A stretch of DNA of 64,000 bases from Chrysomallon squamiferum (GCA_012295275.1 CM022670.1:1426001-1490000), one strand, 5' to 3'. Shown: positions 1 through 13,857, numbered from the stretch's first letter. The notes: generated by a model not told the origin, from the letters alone. Made by a program: numbers and translations.

Positions 1-2075
1 GTAAGACTGTGTAAATGACTTTCCACAAATCTGACATGTTGGTTTTGGTTTTGGTTTTTTCTCTTTTTTCACCTTCTCTCGACTATGAGCCTTGAGATGT
101 TGATTGAGATGCGACAGAATACCAAATTCTTTTCCACACAATTCACAAACATGCTGCTTTTCTTCTACAGACATGTGCATTCGGGCAATGTGGCTCTAAT
201 AAAACAAAAACATAAAATGTAATAAACTGAGAATGTTAATATTTTAATCTAATATCTTATAAATTATTTCTTACAAGTATTTCTCTTTTCTGTTTTTTTT
301 ATGTTCCTAAAATAAGATTAAAGTGACGCAAGATTCAAGGAAACTATACCAACGTAAATAATTTTTATTAATCTCATCTAATTAAGTATGGTCAATTATA
401 TCTCATAAAAACTTTTATCAGTTTATAAATAAACATACTGCTGTTTTTCCTTTCCTCTGGTATAAATACAAAATATTTGTTTGTAATCACATATAAACAA
501 TTTGACAATTTCACTCAATCTTTACTTATGGAATATGCACTAGAACCCGAGGTTCAAAAATCATTTACTCTTCACAATGAACTAACTATTGCCAGCAGTT
601 ACATAAAAAGTATATGCAATGCTGCTTCACTAACACCAGGAAAGTATATTATCAGTACCTATAATGAATAATACCAGTCTAAATGACACCAGATATTATA
701 TCTCAAGAAGACAGAAGTATAGAGAAGAAAGTGAAGAAGTGAATAAAACGTAAACTCAAACCTTCAGACCACTATGTTCAGTAAATCTCTTGTCACAGTG
801 TTCACAAGCATAAGGACGCTCCCCTGTGTGCGTCATTTTGTGTCTTATTAGATGTGCTTTACAACGTAGAACTTTGCCACACATTTCACATATCTCTTTA
901 TTCTCTACTGCAGTTTTCAGTGGCACATCAGAAGGAGGGTCATCTGGGTTATGTGCTTTCAAGTGTCGATTCAAATCATACTGGTCATTAAATGCTCGTG
1001 GACATTTGCTGCACTGGAATGGCTTCTCACCAGTATGACTCCTATAATGTCTAAGTAGTTTGTAAGCACCTGGGAAACTCTTATTACAGACAATACAGTG
1101 AAGAAGTTGCTTAGAACTAGTTTTAGGTGCCTCGGAATCATTTAACTCAGTGCAGGTGTGGTCAAGAAGTTCAATCTCGCTGGCAAAGGCAAGGTCACAG
1201 GTATCACACTGATGAGGTTTTTCAGCTGTGTGTGTCCGGATATGTTTCACAAGATTACGATTACTGGAGAACCGCTTTGAACAGATATCACAATAAAAGT
1301 TTGTTCGATGTTTGGCATTTTTGTGTTTGGAAAGTTCTTGTTTAGTGTCAAAGGCATCTGAACACATGTCACAGGCAAATATATCACTATCATCTGCATG
1401 CTCAATAGCATGTCGCTTGAGCTGACTTGCCACAGAGAAAGTTTCTCCACATTCTGGACACATGAATTGGTCCTTATCATCATCGTTCATCTGTTCTAAC
1501 TTCACAACAGCTGTCAGCTTGTTGTTTTCATGATTATCCTTTGTATACTGACTCATTGATTTGTCACCTGTTCTTGGTGATTTTCTTGGACGACCAGGAG
1601 TTCTTTTCACAACATTTTCAACAGACTTCTTCCTACTTGCACTTCGAGTAACTCTGTCAGAAGGAGGTACAGTAAACTGAGGTGTTGAACACTGTTGTTC
1701 TGCCTTCATTTTTGATTTGGACTTATGTGTTTTGCTTTCTGGAGAACATGCCTGAGTTGTGTTATCCTCATTTTCACTTGTTATTTCCTGCTTCACAATG
1801 GCTTGCTGGGGATATACTGAAATCTGCATCAAACTGGTGGATGTATCAGTGGTTTCCTGATTACCTTCACAGCGTCCACAACTCTCCTCCATTAGAGTCA
1901 CATCACTACTGAAATCTGTCTGTGTGCAAGCCTCTTGTTTTGGGGACAAAAATATCTGCAACAATGTATTCAGATCTTCTAGATTCAGGGCTGTTTGAGT
2001 TGAAACCTCTTTATGTGTTTCTTTGAAACTTGTTACCTCAGCTTTTGTATCTGAGAAACTAGGAGCAGATTCCAT
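1..2075 (-). CDS. C2H2 zinc-finger protein ZNF-A (3' end runs off the left edge of the window)
   Basis: Coding exon 2075-762 (ATG at 2075, GT donor at 761-760) splices in phase 0 to exon 195-1 (AG acceptor at 197-196). The join completes a finger (CEHC...HSGLK|SHIARMH) and continues with HVCELCGKEFGILSHLNQHLKAH and PTCQICGKSFTQSY. About 10 fingers are visible, with TGEKP/TAEKP/TGERP linkers. AT-hook-like KRTPGRPRKS. Probable non-coding 5' exon ending at 2397 (GTATGT donor) joined to the acceptor at 2092. Confidence 0.9.
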
Positions 2076-2559
2076 CCTTGATTAATAGAATCTGTAAAGA
2101 GAGTGACTGCATTAAATTTAAAGCCAGATATTATAATTATTATTATTATTGATTAATTTTATTTTTATTTATTATACGTAATTTCATGTTGTCAAATGTA
2201 TAATTATTATAACTGTTTAAATTATAGTGGCACTGTCATGATTGTGGCACTTCTGGTAATTTATCAGATCTTAATATTCCGATTTTACAGCCCGGTCCGG
2301 CCAATTAGTTTGCATCCGTTTCTGGGATTCGGACTGGATGTTTATTTTGTATTTAAGCTTTTAAAATTATCTAAATTTACGAAGTAAAAAACATACCTAA
2401 TTTTTTTTTCAGTAGAAATAGTTCTAATAAAATCCTCTGCGTATCAGAGAAGAGCCATGAACCAAGGAAAAGGACGCACTTGTTTGATGTTATTAAAAGC
2501 CGCAAAGACCCACAATTGGTGGCAATATTCGTTAGCATCAGAATTTGTAAGGTGACGGC

Positions 2560-3035
2560 GACATACTTTTTTTATCTTTTTTTTTTATAAGCTACCATAG
2601 TAAATGTACTTAAAAACAAAATGATGAAGGAAACTAGATATTATAAATTAATACAATGTGTCTCAGCAAAAAAAAAAAAAATATTATATATATATATATA
2701 CATAATAAAGATGATTATTTCAGCTAAACTGAAAACAACTTTTAAATATGTTTTGTTTGTTTTAATAATACAAGTTACATGCTTTTTCAAGATGGTTATT
2801 TATTTATATATGTCGGGGTTTTTTTAAAATTATATTTGTAAATAAATTGTAATGTATAATAAGCACGAAACCTATTCATTTAACTGTGTGTATGTTACAT
2901 GCCATAGAAAGCAGAAAGGCTGAGCATACACGGGGTTTTCATCTGGTGTAGAGCGGCGCATTTTGATATGTCACGTGACCTTTTATAATTTCGGCATCCG
3001 GTGGCGGCAGAAACCGCTGCGACTCACAAAGAAGT
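2560..3035. promoter_or_regulatory. Divergent (bidirectional) promoter of ZNF-A/ZNF-B
   Basis: CpG-enriched relative to flanks. Palindromic extended E-box GTCACGTGAC at 2970-2979. A short + strand non-coding exon ends near 3034 (gtaag donor); the - strand 5' exon of ZNF-A lies at ~2397-2560. Confidence 0.55.
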
Positions 3036-5203
3036 GTAAGAAACGATTTATTGACAGTCTAGAGATTGAAATTTATCTCGTGGTAATACTGTTAATATCA
3101 ATACTGATCAAGAAATTATAAATAACTTATTTTAAAAAAATATTGTTAAGTAATAGCACATAAAGGAAGTGAATAATCTGCTCTTGTCTGAAAGTGATTG
3201 CATAATAATTAATATACTTTAAGTACTTGTAATTGTATAGTCTGTCTAGTAAACATAATGTTATAAGTGATAAGCGCACCCTACCATTATATCAGATGTT
3301 CATTGTTGACATTCGTCTACGTATATAAACGGTAACTGGTATGTCATGTGAAATAGTTCAAATACGGAATAGGTGGATTTCGCCCAGGTGATCTCGCCAC
3401 AAGCGAAATACTAATAGTAATACTGTAAATTGTAATAGCCATAAATCCCATTTCCTTATGCTGGTATAATAATTAATAGTATTAGACAAATCGCCATACA
3501 TTTTAGGTGCAGTTAGAAAATACTGACGTTATTTAAAATGATTATACGATTAAAATGCATGAATGTGTAAACTTACTATGAATCATTGTATCATGTATGT
3601 TAATGTTTTTAATAATTTTTTAATGTTTTTTGTTTTCTTTTGTCATGAACTGACTACAGATAGAACTAGAGTTACATTTTCTTTTAAAAAATAAAAAAAT
3701 AAAAATAAGAGTAGATGAAGAAATGGACAAATTGTTTCTTGCAGTACATGGTTCTTCCAGACACTGTTTAGGGTGCTAGGCAAAAACCTATACATACAGT
3801 CAAACACACAAACATATGCACATTAATATATTCTTTTTTCAGGTAAAACATTTCCCATACATGAGCTATTAATACAGACAAATGCATTCATAGATGTATA
3901 CAAAACCACTAATACACAAACGTACACAATCTTTCTAGAATATCATTTAAGAATACACTCAGTAAGTCTCAAATGTCACGTTACCTTGGAAGAAAGACAG
4001 GTTCTGGCCATTTCTCTGTATGAACATACAATTTGTATGGATGTGCTCTTCAAACTTCAAAATTAATATACACTCATTATCTTGAATGTTATGTGTGATC
4101 CCAAATAGAATATTTTATGTATATTTTTTGTACATTTTTCTCATAGCTAAAGAACACTACTTTTTAAAACAATCTTTGAAAAATCTTTGAAAAAGAAAAC
4201 TTTATTATTCTTATCTGTCATCATTGAGACTCATTGTGGACCAAATATGTAACTATCATTACCAGACAGCAATGTTGTGGTTTAAGTTATTTAAATTAAC
4301 TGTTCTATTTGGTAGTTTCCAATGAATATCATAATCCACTTGATACTGATGATTTATGAAATTGTGGCCGAGTTTAAAAGCCAGAAAAACTAAATGTTGC
4401 ATTGTGCATACATACAAAATAAGATTAGACATAATATATAATTGATCATATATACTGGAATTTTTGTATACATTTTATTCATTGGAGTCATTTTCATAAT
4501 AGTTGTTTTGTATGTACTGCTTGCTAGATGCTTAATAAGAAGTGGGATTTATGGCTGTATAATGAAATGGATGAGACTGCTATTTCACAGAGATGAATCA
4601 TAAAATATTTGTCTTCAGTTAGAAAACAGAGCAGTTTTATTTCAGCTTGAAATTTTTTCTATTATTCTGTTGTATATCTTCTATAACAAACAATATCAGG
4701 TTATCATTATAATTCACATAGTACAAACAGTCCTGTAAAAATTAATATTATATCCCATTTCAAGAATTAATGAACTATTAAGGATTTCAGACAGAATTAA
4801 TATTTAACAAAATTCTGACAAATATATTGACAAAAGTCAGGAATATATTAACCTAGATAGGAAGTCCCTTAGTGCTTTAAAATTCCCTACAGCCTTTAAA
4901 ATGTGTGTGTGTGTGTGTGTGCAAGCAAGCACAAGCCTTCATTTTTCATAATTAAACAATAGAATAAAAACTATAAAATAACAATGTGAAAATAACTTGT
5001 AACACTGATAGCATGTTAATATAAGAATTCTATAATGGATTAAAATAATAATAAGGTGTGTAGTAATATAATTGCATCAGTTCATTGCCTTGATGCATCA
5101 GTAATACATGTTAGGTATAAATCACATTGTGGTGACATAGTGAGTAATATATATTTTATTCCAATTAATGTTTTTTTCTCTTGACAGGTATTAGAACTGC
5201 ATA

Positions 5204-7831
5204 ATGGGTCGACCAAAGAAAATTGATATTTGTAAAATGTGCAAGAGAGGACCAACAAATAAAAAGTCTTTGAAAACATCTGGAACACAAACAGAACTAA
5301 AATTGAATGAACTGGACAAAATCATTTCTTTCTTTCTCTCATCAAGTGAGGGAGCATGCAGAGAAGCACAAGAAATTATAAATCAAGTGAATGTCCCAAA
5401 TTTGGAAAGCCGCAGTAGTGATATGCAAATTAATAGTGAATTAATGCAGGAATTGCAAGTTAGAAATACAGTGGACGTGAGATGTGATCAAGAAAATTTA
5501 GTTCCACCAGAGCCAGTCTTACAAGATGATTCTGATTATACTGGCAACCTGCATCCAGAAAACTTGGAATGCACTGAAATTAATGTAACTGAGGAAACAA
5601 CAGACTTTGGAAATGAGGATCAAGAACTTATGGAACACACAAGTGACGCTTGGGAAGAAGAAAAGCAAAAACCAATAGAAAATGAATGCACACCTGAACC
5701 TGTTACACCTGAATTTAACAGAGTACCATCAACACCAAGTTCACAGGAGGTCAGGAAGAGCTCTCGGCTGGCAGAAAAATATCCTAATGGAAAAAGTTTT
5801 GCAAATCCTACCAGAAAGCGGAAGCCAATTGCACAGAAAAAAAATGCTGTTGCTTTGAAGAAAAAGCATTTGGCTTCTTTGCGTCTCAAACCAAAATCTG
5901 AGACAGAAGATACAGTTCAGAAGTCAAGGAAACTGGATTGTCTGCTTTGTGGACTTACATGTAAAACTCAGAAAGAACTCACAGAACACAAGATTCAGGA
6001 ACACAAAGGGAGAGTGCACAAGTGTGAGCATTGTGACAAAGTTTTCAGGAATGGTGCAAGACTTAAAATTCATCTTCGATGCCATACTGGAGAAAAACCA
6101 TACTCTTGCAGTGAATGCTCAAAATGCTTTCCTGATTCATCTAATCTTACCAAACATATCCAGACCATTCATGAACATCCCTATCGTTGTGATAATTGTC
6201 GTGCCCGGTTTGCAACAGACACAGAACTTTTAGTGCATCAGGAAAACGACTGCAGAATGAAATATGACAATCTAGGCAGGAAACTGTCTTCTGAATTAAC
6301 ACCAAAGACTGAAAGGAAAAGTGTTAAGAAATTCAAATGTGAAAAGTGTGGTCGCGAAGTTCTCAATCTCCGTGCACACATGCTAACACACAGCACCATT
6401 CGACCTCACAAATGTGATGAATGCAGTGCTCTCTTCAAATCAATTCATGATTTGAAAAAACACAAACTCAGACACAGAAGTGATCAGCCACATTTATGTG
6501 AACAGTGTGGGAAAAGTTTCAAACACATCTTTGCCATAAAGGCACACATGAAAATACATGAAGAACCTCCAGTAAAAGAGGTTCATCCTTGCAAAGAGTG
6601 CAATATGGGATTTGCAGAGCCTGAATTACTGGCTGCTCACATGGAGTGCCATTTAAATAATTTACCTTTCAAATGTCTTCTTTGTGACAACGAATTTGTC
6701 ACTCCTCAAGAGTTAAAAGCTCATGTTTTGACACATCCTGGAGCAAGGATTCCAGTGAACTGCAATTACTGTGACAAACTGTATCCCACACTTCCCAAAA
6801 TGCAAGTGCACAGACATACACATGTATCTTTTCATATGTGCAGTTATTGCAGCAAAAGCTATTCTAAAACTAGTGAACTTAAGCGTCATGAGGCAACACA
6901 TACGGGTATATTCAGTCATATCTGTGAAATCTGCACCAAAGGGTTTATGCGACAAGATCAGCTGAAAAAGCACATGATGGTACACACTGGAGACAGAAAG
7001 TTCAGATGTACGGTTTGTGAGCGTTCATACATCACAGAGGATACTCTTAAAACACACATGAAATTAGTACATGGTCCTAAAACCTATGTCTGTAGTATTT
7101 GTGGTAAGAGTTTTGCTGTTGAAAAGAGACTTCAATTTCATATAGCTCGCCATCTGGGCAAGAAAGATTACAAATGTGATGTATGTGGTAAAGCTTTTGC
7201 AGATCCTTCAGATTTGCCTCAGCATAAGAGAATCCACAAACTTATGAAAAATTTCCCATGTCTTCTGTGTCCCAAAGCATTTTATGCCCAAAAACATTTA
7301 GATACACACTTCAGGGTTAATCATAAAAACAGAATGCATAAGGTTATTCATGAATGTGAAATTTGTGGCAAAGTCTTTCCTCGGGAATGGAAACTTAAAC
7401 GACACAGAAGTGTCCATGAAAACAAAGGCAGCCGTATCCATTATTTGAACAAGCCAAATACAACCATCATCAAGCTTGAACCAATTGATGAACCTGATTT
7501 AACAGATCTTGCTGAATCAACCTCCATGTTACAGAGTATGGAGAATGTGGAACTGACAGAGACATTAGCAGTCCAGTGTAGTATGTGTGGAGCAGCCTGT
7601 GAAACAACAGTTTTGAATTCTGCAGAACCCTTTCTGTGTGGCCTTTGTTCTCAGATTGATGTGTCATCTGATGAAAAGACATCTGTTTTCACCTTTACTG
7701 GTCAAGAGGTTTTCAAGTGTAATATGTGTCAAAAAACATTTGCACTTCTGGATAATTTTCTGAATCATCTACATGAGCATCCTGAATTAGAAATAAAAAT
7801 AGAAACTCTTCCAACAGAAACAGACAAATAG
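5204..7831 (+). CDS. C2H2 zinc-finger protein ZNF-B (875 aa, ~18 fingers, single coding exon)
   Basis: Uninterrupted ORF with ~17 arrayed C2H2/C2HC fingers, then a CxxC-x13-CxxC knuckle and a terminal isolated finger. Splice acceptor ttgacag at 5187 just upstream of the ATG. Confidence 0.93.
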   Translation: MGRPKKIDICKMCKRGPTNKKSLKTSGTQTELKLNELDKIISFFLSSSEGACREAQEIINQVNVPNLESRSSDMQINSELMQELQVRNTVDVRCDQENLVPPEPVLQDDSDYTGNLHPENLECTEINVTEETTDFGNEDQELMEHTSDAWEEEKQKPIENECTPEPVTPEFNRVPSTPSSQEVRKSSRLAEKYPNGKSFANPTRKRKPIAQKKNAVALKKKHLASLRLKPKSETEDTVQKSRKLDCLLCGLTCKTQKELTEHKIQEHKGRVHKCEHCDKVFRNGARLKIHLRCHTGEKPYSCSECSKCFPDSSNLTKHIQTIHEHPYRCDNCRARFATDTELLVHQENDCRMKYDNLGRKLSSELTPKTERKSVKKFKCEKCGREVLNLRAHMLTHSTIRPHKCDECSALFKSIHDLKKHKLRHRSDQPHLCEQCGKSFKHIFAIKAHMKIHEEPPVKEVHPCKECNMGFAEPELLAAHMECHLNNLPFKCLLCDNEFVTPQELKAHVLTHPGARIPVNCNYCDKLYPTLPKMQVHRHTHVSFHMCSYCSKSYSKTSELKRHEATHTGIFSHICEICTKGFMRQDQLKKHMMVHTGDRKFRCTVCERSYITEDTLKTHMKLVHGPKTYVCSICGKSFAVEKRLQFHIARHLGKKDYKCDVCGKAFADPSDLPQHKRIHKLMKNFPCLLCPKAFYAQKHLDTHFRVNHKNRMHKVIHECEICGKVFPREWKLKRHRSVHENKGSRIHYLNKPNTTIIKLEPIDEPDLTDLAESTSMLQSMENVELTETLAVQCSMCGAACETTVLNSAEPFLCGLCSQIDVSSDEKTSVFTFTGQEVFKCNMCQKTFALLDNFLNHLHEHPELEIKIETLPTETDK

Positions 7832-10118
7832 ATACATGCAAAAATTTGATATGTGGAATCTAATAACTGATGTTTGATCCTGGTACTGACCAGATACACC
7901 AGTTATAAAATTCAGCAATCAGTTTTTAAATGAGTATTTCATTCCTAAACAAAAAGAACATGGCAACTTGTTTATTACTACCAGTACCGTCTTTGTAGTT
8001 GAAGTTGATTCCACTGTTACTGTGAGTGTGAATGTACCATTTCACATTTTGAATATGTACATAAAATATACACACATCATATATTTAGTTTTTCTTGTTT
8101 TGTATTTGGAAAAGACTTGATGTATATTTTGACACAACTGTAAATTAAAATCTGTTAAATACCGGCATTAAATCCGTTACGTTTATTTATTTTGTTGTTT
8201 TCCTTTTAGGGTTTTTTGTATTTATATCAGTTTTATACTGAATTTTCAAACATTTAGATTTTTAGCATAATGAAGTACAAATAAATATAATAAAATTATT
8301 TGTATTTCCAAGTTATTTTTACTGTTCTGGGTGATGTGTCATAACTTCTAACAAAGTATGAAAATAAAATAACAGAAAACATAAAAACTTGCATTTCACC
8401 ACTTTACAGCTGAAGTTGTGATGATTTGTCCATCTGGTACCTGAATAGTTTCAGAAAACACCCAGAATAAATTGATCTGCTGTGTAAAGACTGGAGTCTC
8501 TTTTCTTTGTTATGCTTTATTAGTGATTAAGAATGGATGGCAAAAAGCTAAACACAACAATCTTTGCACTAAAGGAAATGTGCAAACTAACAACCACAGT
8601 AAACAAATATTTGCATTCATGAAATTTAAAAAAATAAGTAAAAGCTCTAATAATTTACAGATGGGATTCTTAATATGTGGTAATCTAATTTAACTTATTG
8701 TAATATAATACAGGTAATTTTAAAATGAAATGAACACTTGTAATAAAATACATAGTACATAAACTGACAAAGTAGTAGTTGTTCATGACATTTGTACAAC
8801 AAAAATGAAATATTTATTTCAAATATTCTTTAGCAATATATTTTCTCATTTTTAAACTTATTTATTTAACTAGAAGACTGTTTTGTTTAATACTTCTAGA
8901 AGAATATGTTTATTATTATTGATTGTTGCATGTTAAATATCTTATTTCTGACAGAGTCCTTGGAAGCCCACATTTTCCCACTGAATTCCAGCCAACACCT
9001 ACCAAAACATTTAATTTTTGGGGGCCAAATATAAATGTAATCAGTTGTTTGTTCATCTCTTAACTCAGAACACAACCATTTATAACTGAAACAATAGAAA
9101 ATACATCATTTTATTTTTGTAGTTGAGAAATCCAATAATGTAACTACATTAATTTTATAGTCTGTAATTTCTTATGTATCAGAAGATTCACATTGGACAT
9201 CATTTCTATAACAAAATTGTTGAATACATTTGCTTTAAAACATGTTTTAATTAAAACAAACAGGATATAAAGATTATTTAATTCAGTGCACAGATTAGTA
9301 ATAATCTTTACAATTACAATTTCAAAATGAATGTTGAGACAGTTGAAGAGAAAAATCTTTCCACTTAACTCTAGAATGCTTTTATCAATGTCATCAGTTA
9401 ATCTAGAGATGGAAAAATATGTTTAATAAAGCCATTGATGTATCACTTGGGGACTCTGGCTTGATACCAGTTTCTCAGTTCTAAAAAGAAGTTTAAAAAT
9501 AACAATGTTTATTCGTTTGTAAATTTTATTCACAACTGAATAAAAAATAAAGCAACCCAACATTGCATAACAAATAAAACAGACATTTTTAACATTATAA
9601 GCAATTTTCAAATTTTCATTTAATTTACAAAATAGTTTTCCTCAGTAATTAACAAATCTGAAATACAGTTTTCAATGAAGAAATAATTACATTTTTTTTT
9701 TTTTTTAAATGTCTTGAAAATGATAATTATAAATTGAAATGTAACTAATGAATCAGAAGATAAATAATTCTTTTAAACATTTTCTCAGACTTTATCAAAA
9801 ACAAAAAACAAAAAGTCCCATAATCTGTTATGTATGTTAAGGTATAATAATAAACAAAAATGACATTACATTCTCAAGAAATTAATAATTTCCTAATTAT
9901 TTGTAAAATCTTTAAATATTATTGGAGAAATAATTTAGTATTTTAATTTTATGAAAAAATACCATTTTGAAAATGAGCAACATTGCATTTATCTGTTTAG
10001 CAGTATCTTATGTAAAGGTATTATTCAATGATGATAATTTAAAAAAATTAATAATAGGATTTTCTCTGACAATTATTTAATAACTATACTGTAGAGACAT
10101 GTACAATTACTGCTTTAT

Positions 10119-12719
10119 TCATTCAATAGTTTCTATTTTTATTTGTAATTCTGGATGTTCATGCATATGTGTAAGAAAACTGTCAAAAAGAACAAACGTT
10201 TTTGAACATGCTAAGCAAGTTAAAACACCGGGTGTTGGTCCCTGGGTAGCAATCTCAGAAGGAATTTCAAGCAGTATATTTTCTGATGCATTTATGATAT
10301 TACTTTTTTCAACCTCTTTGCATTTATCACAAACTGAAGAATCATCCACTGAGTCACAATGAACCTGGTTTGTACCACAAACAGAGCATTGCTTAGTGTT
10401 TGTCACTGCAGTGTTTTCTTCTGTGGACATTGTTATATCTGTTTTTACCGAGATTGTGCAAGGCTCAGTCTTTATGGTTTTTTCATTATTAAGATTGTCA
10501 CAGGTTCTTATGGTTTGCAGCTGAATGCCTCTTGTATGAGTTTTTCTTATATGAACAGTCAAATCAACCTTTTTAACAAACCTTTTTGAACAGATGTTAC
10601 AGGTATATACATATTCAGGTCCATGGACAGCACTTCTGTGATTTATCAAGTCAACACGACAGTTGAACTCTTCTGTACAAATGTCACACACAAAATCTTT
10701 CACACCATGAACACTTCTCATGTGATTTCTTCTGTAGCGTGTATCTACAAAGGCCATATCACAATATGAACACATTATGGGATGATTTTTTTGGTGCTCT
10801 CTCTTGTGTCTATCCAGTTTCTCCTGACTCTGGAAGCTCAATTTGCATTTTGAACAAATAAATTCAGCATTGCTGTCATGCTGTAACAAATGACGTTTGA
10901 GCAAACTTTCAACATAAAAAGTGCAACCACAGTGTTTACAACTGAATGGTTTTTCACCTGTGTGTATGCACATGTGAAGATTTAGCTTTTCCAGTCGTAT
11001 AAAACCTTTACTACATATCTGACATTTGTGCTTGAAGTTTCCCGTATGGAGCATTGTGTGTCGTGTGAGATCCAGATTATTACTGAACTGTTTTCCACAT
11101 ATGCTGCACATGTGGTTTTTTAAATGTTTTTTCACTTTGTGTCGAGAATACCAGTTTTTGGTGGGACAAATAATATCACATATTGGACAGTTAACAGGAG
11201 ATTTCTCACCTTGGTGTGTTAAAATGTGTGCTTTTAGCTCATCTGTTTTAGAAAAAACGCTGCTACATTGCAAACATTTGAAGTCAGTGTTATTGGTGTG
11301 GCATTCAGAATGTTCCTCTAGCTGCTGTTCCAACAAGAAACCCATGTTGCACAAGTCACAACTAAAAACGGGCCTTTGATCAAGAGCTGCCCGTGTATGA
11401 ATTCGTTTGTGTTCATTCAGCCTTCCACGGGAACCAAATGCTTTCCCACAAGTATCACAAACTTCAATCTCATCAGCAGTATGACTATCAAGATGTGTCT
11501 TCAATTCTTCTTCAGTGTCCAGGATTTTGGCACAGAATTTACACATAGTTGGTACCTCAGCCAGATGGGTTAACACATGACGAACATAGTGTTTAGTTAA
11601 ATGTTGGCAAATGGGACATATGTTTGGGATTTTACTTTTTCGACATCTCCTTACTACATATCCACTATGTTTCAATTTAATATGATGCTGTAAACCTTTT
11701 TCATTTTTGAACAGCTTCCCACACTGTTTGCAACTGATTCCACTGTGCAGTTCTATATGAGATCTCAAAGTTTTCACATCACGCAAAACCTTTCCACAGG
11801 TTTCACATGGTAGTTTGCGTGCTGTAGTTTTTATATTGCAAGCTTTGCGTCGTTCAAAAATTGCAGTGTTGCATTTGTGTTTTGTTTTAATGACATGTTT
11901 ACGTAAATTGGATAATTCGTTGTAACTCCTCAGACACTGGTCACACTTGTATGGCTTTTGTCCTGTGTGTAGTCGACGATGAATCTCCATTTTGGTCCGT
12001 GTAGAAAACATACTTTCACATAAATCACATTTACTAACAAACCCATTGTGTTCTTCTTTTCGATGTTTCTTCAGTTCTGAATGCATCTTAAAGACTTTTC
12101 CACATATGCCACACTTGTGGTATAGTAATGCTGATAAAGAAGTATCCATTTTAACATCATGCTCAGGCAAACCAGAAGAAACCTTACTGACATTTATATA
12201 CGGTGATGTGATGTCATTTTTTTCATTCAAATTAATTGCTTTGCTGCAGCTACGAGTTACATGTGGAGAATCGCTGTTATTTTTATTAATGCAAAACCCA
12301 TTTGTCATTTTATTTCCATCCTGTTCCAAAACAGGTGTAGGTTCACTGTTACTGTTAACATAATTAGAATCAACTTCAATCTTTATATGAATTTCATTAT
12401 CTGGACTAGACACCTGTGAATGTGATTCAGTAACCTGTTCTGTGAATCTGTTGCTGAAATTCTCTGATTCATCTTCAATAAAATGCTTTAACCATTCATT
12501 AAAAGTAAGCTTTACAGAACTCTCGTAGTTGGCTATTGTTGTTTTTCCACTTTTTTGTCCTATTGTATTGTGCAACTGATTTTGTGATCTGATAAAGTGA
12601 GATATAATTTCTATCAGACCTTCTTTAGATAATTCAGTTTGTGTACAGCCATCCGATATATTTGATGTTGGCCCAGGGCGTCGATATACACTAAAAGTAG
12701 TTCTTTTGGAGCGCTTCAT
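10119..12719 (-). CDS. C2H2 zinc-finger protein ZNF-C (866 aa, ~19 fingers, single coding exon)
   Basis: Uninterrupted ORF with ~18 arrayed fingers (HTGQKP, HTGEKP linkers), C4 knuckle and terminal finger. Acceptor at 12754; probable non-coding first exon ending at 13930. Confidence 0.93.
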   Translation of the reverse strand: MKRSKRTTFSVYRRPGPTSNISDGCTQTELSKEGLIEIISHFIRSQNQLHNTIGQKSGKTTIANYESSVKLTFNEWLKHFIEDESENFSNRFTEQVTESHSQVSSPDNEIHIKIEVDSNYVNSNSEPTPVLEQDGNKMTNGFCINKNNSDSPHVTRSCSKAINLNEKNDITSPYINVSKVSSGLPEHDVKMDTSLSALLYHKCGICGKVFKMHSELKKHRKEEHNGFVSKCDLCESMFSTRTKMEIHRRLHTGQKPYKCDQCLRSYNELSNLRKHVIKTKHKCNTAIFERRKACNIKTTARKLPCETCGKVLRDVKTLRSHIELHSGISCKQCGKLFKNEKGLQHHIKLKHSGYVVRRCRKSKIPNICPICQHLTKHYVRHVLTHLAEVPTMCKFCAKILDTEEELKTHLDSHTADEIEVCDTCGKAFGSRGRLNEHKRIHTRAALDQRPVFSCDLCNMGFLLEQQLEEHSECHTNNTDFKCLQCSSVFSKTDELKAHILTHQGEKSPVNCPICDIICPTKNWYSRHKVKKHLKNHMCSICGKQFSNNLDLTRHTMLHTGNFKHKCQICSKGFIRLEKLNLHMCIHTGEKPFSCKHCGCTFYVESLLKRHLLQHDSNAEFICSKCKLSFQSQEKLDRHKREHQKNHPIMCSYCDMAFVDTRYRRNHMRSVHGVKDFVCDICTEEFNCRVDLINHRSAVHGPEYVYTCNICSKRFVKKVDLTVHIRKTHTRGIQLQTIRTCDNLNNEKTIKTEPCTISVKTDITMSTEENTAVTNTKQCSVCGTNQVHCDSVDDSSVCDKCKEVEKSNIINASENILLEIPSEIATQGPTPGVLTCLACSKTFVLFDSFLTHMHEHPELQIKIETIE

Positions 12720-13826
12720 CTTAAGAATTTTCCAACATCATGAAAAATAACACCTACAGAAGAACATAAAAATAGGATATATTAGCATATAATAAACATT
12801 TTAAAGTCTGTGACAATATAATTCATTATGACAATAAGGCATAAATATTTTGAATGAAGGTGTTTGGAAAGTTTGGCTACAATTTTGACAAATAAACTAA
12901 ATTTATTCACTCAATATATTAAGTAAATAAAATAATAATATTAATAAATCAATGGAGCAAAAATAATTAATTCAAATACAGACACTGAAAGTGCCCATTG
13001 TTTTCATTCTTTATTAAGAGAGGCTGTTAACGAAAACTAAAATAGAATGAAACCAACAAATTAATCATCACAATATCATTCAGCCACATCATTGCTAGTT
13101 TGATTTCTTTTTCCTAAGTTATGTTTATCAGCACAATTTTAATAACCACATATAATTTTACTTATGTGCTAAGTGTTCAAAACTATTATACAAACATTAC
13201 ACTACTGAAATAATTTAATAAACAGGACTTAATTTAAGAAATATATAATTACTGCTGCTTTTAAAAATGTCAGTGTTAAGTATGACATAATTAGTACAGT
13301 ATTTTAATTACACAGCAATAATGGAAATTCTTATATGCAAATAAAAATATTCTTAAGCATAGTAGTGAAATTCTGAAACAGTTGTGCTGAGGCATTTTGA
13401 AGGCAAGTCCAACAGATTCATCACAATAAAATAATCATATTGAAATTCTACATTGTGTTAAACAAAACTGGTCCACATTTGTTTTAGTCTTAAAATTAAT
13501 TTATTATCAAAATTTCACTAATTTCTAGCAGTTAATGAGTTCTTTCTATATGAAGAACTTTTTCTTTTCTTTTTTTAACAAATTTCTTATATTACATATA
13601 TATCTTCATGTTTCATAATATTTATATTAACTTACGACAGTTAATTCATAAATCGTTTGGTGTTTGCATTTTGTTTTGGTATTTTCGTATAAATGTTGCC
13701 ACTGGCATGTCACGGCATCTTCTAAGGTTGTTTCTATATATAGACGTAGGCCAATATAATGAATATTGTTAGCATTTTTGAAATTATTGAGTAGGTGGTA
13801 ATATAAAACATTGACGATATTCAATT

Positions 13827-13857
<31 letters not shown>

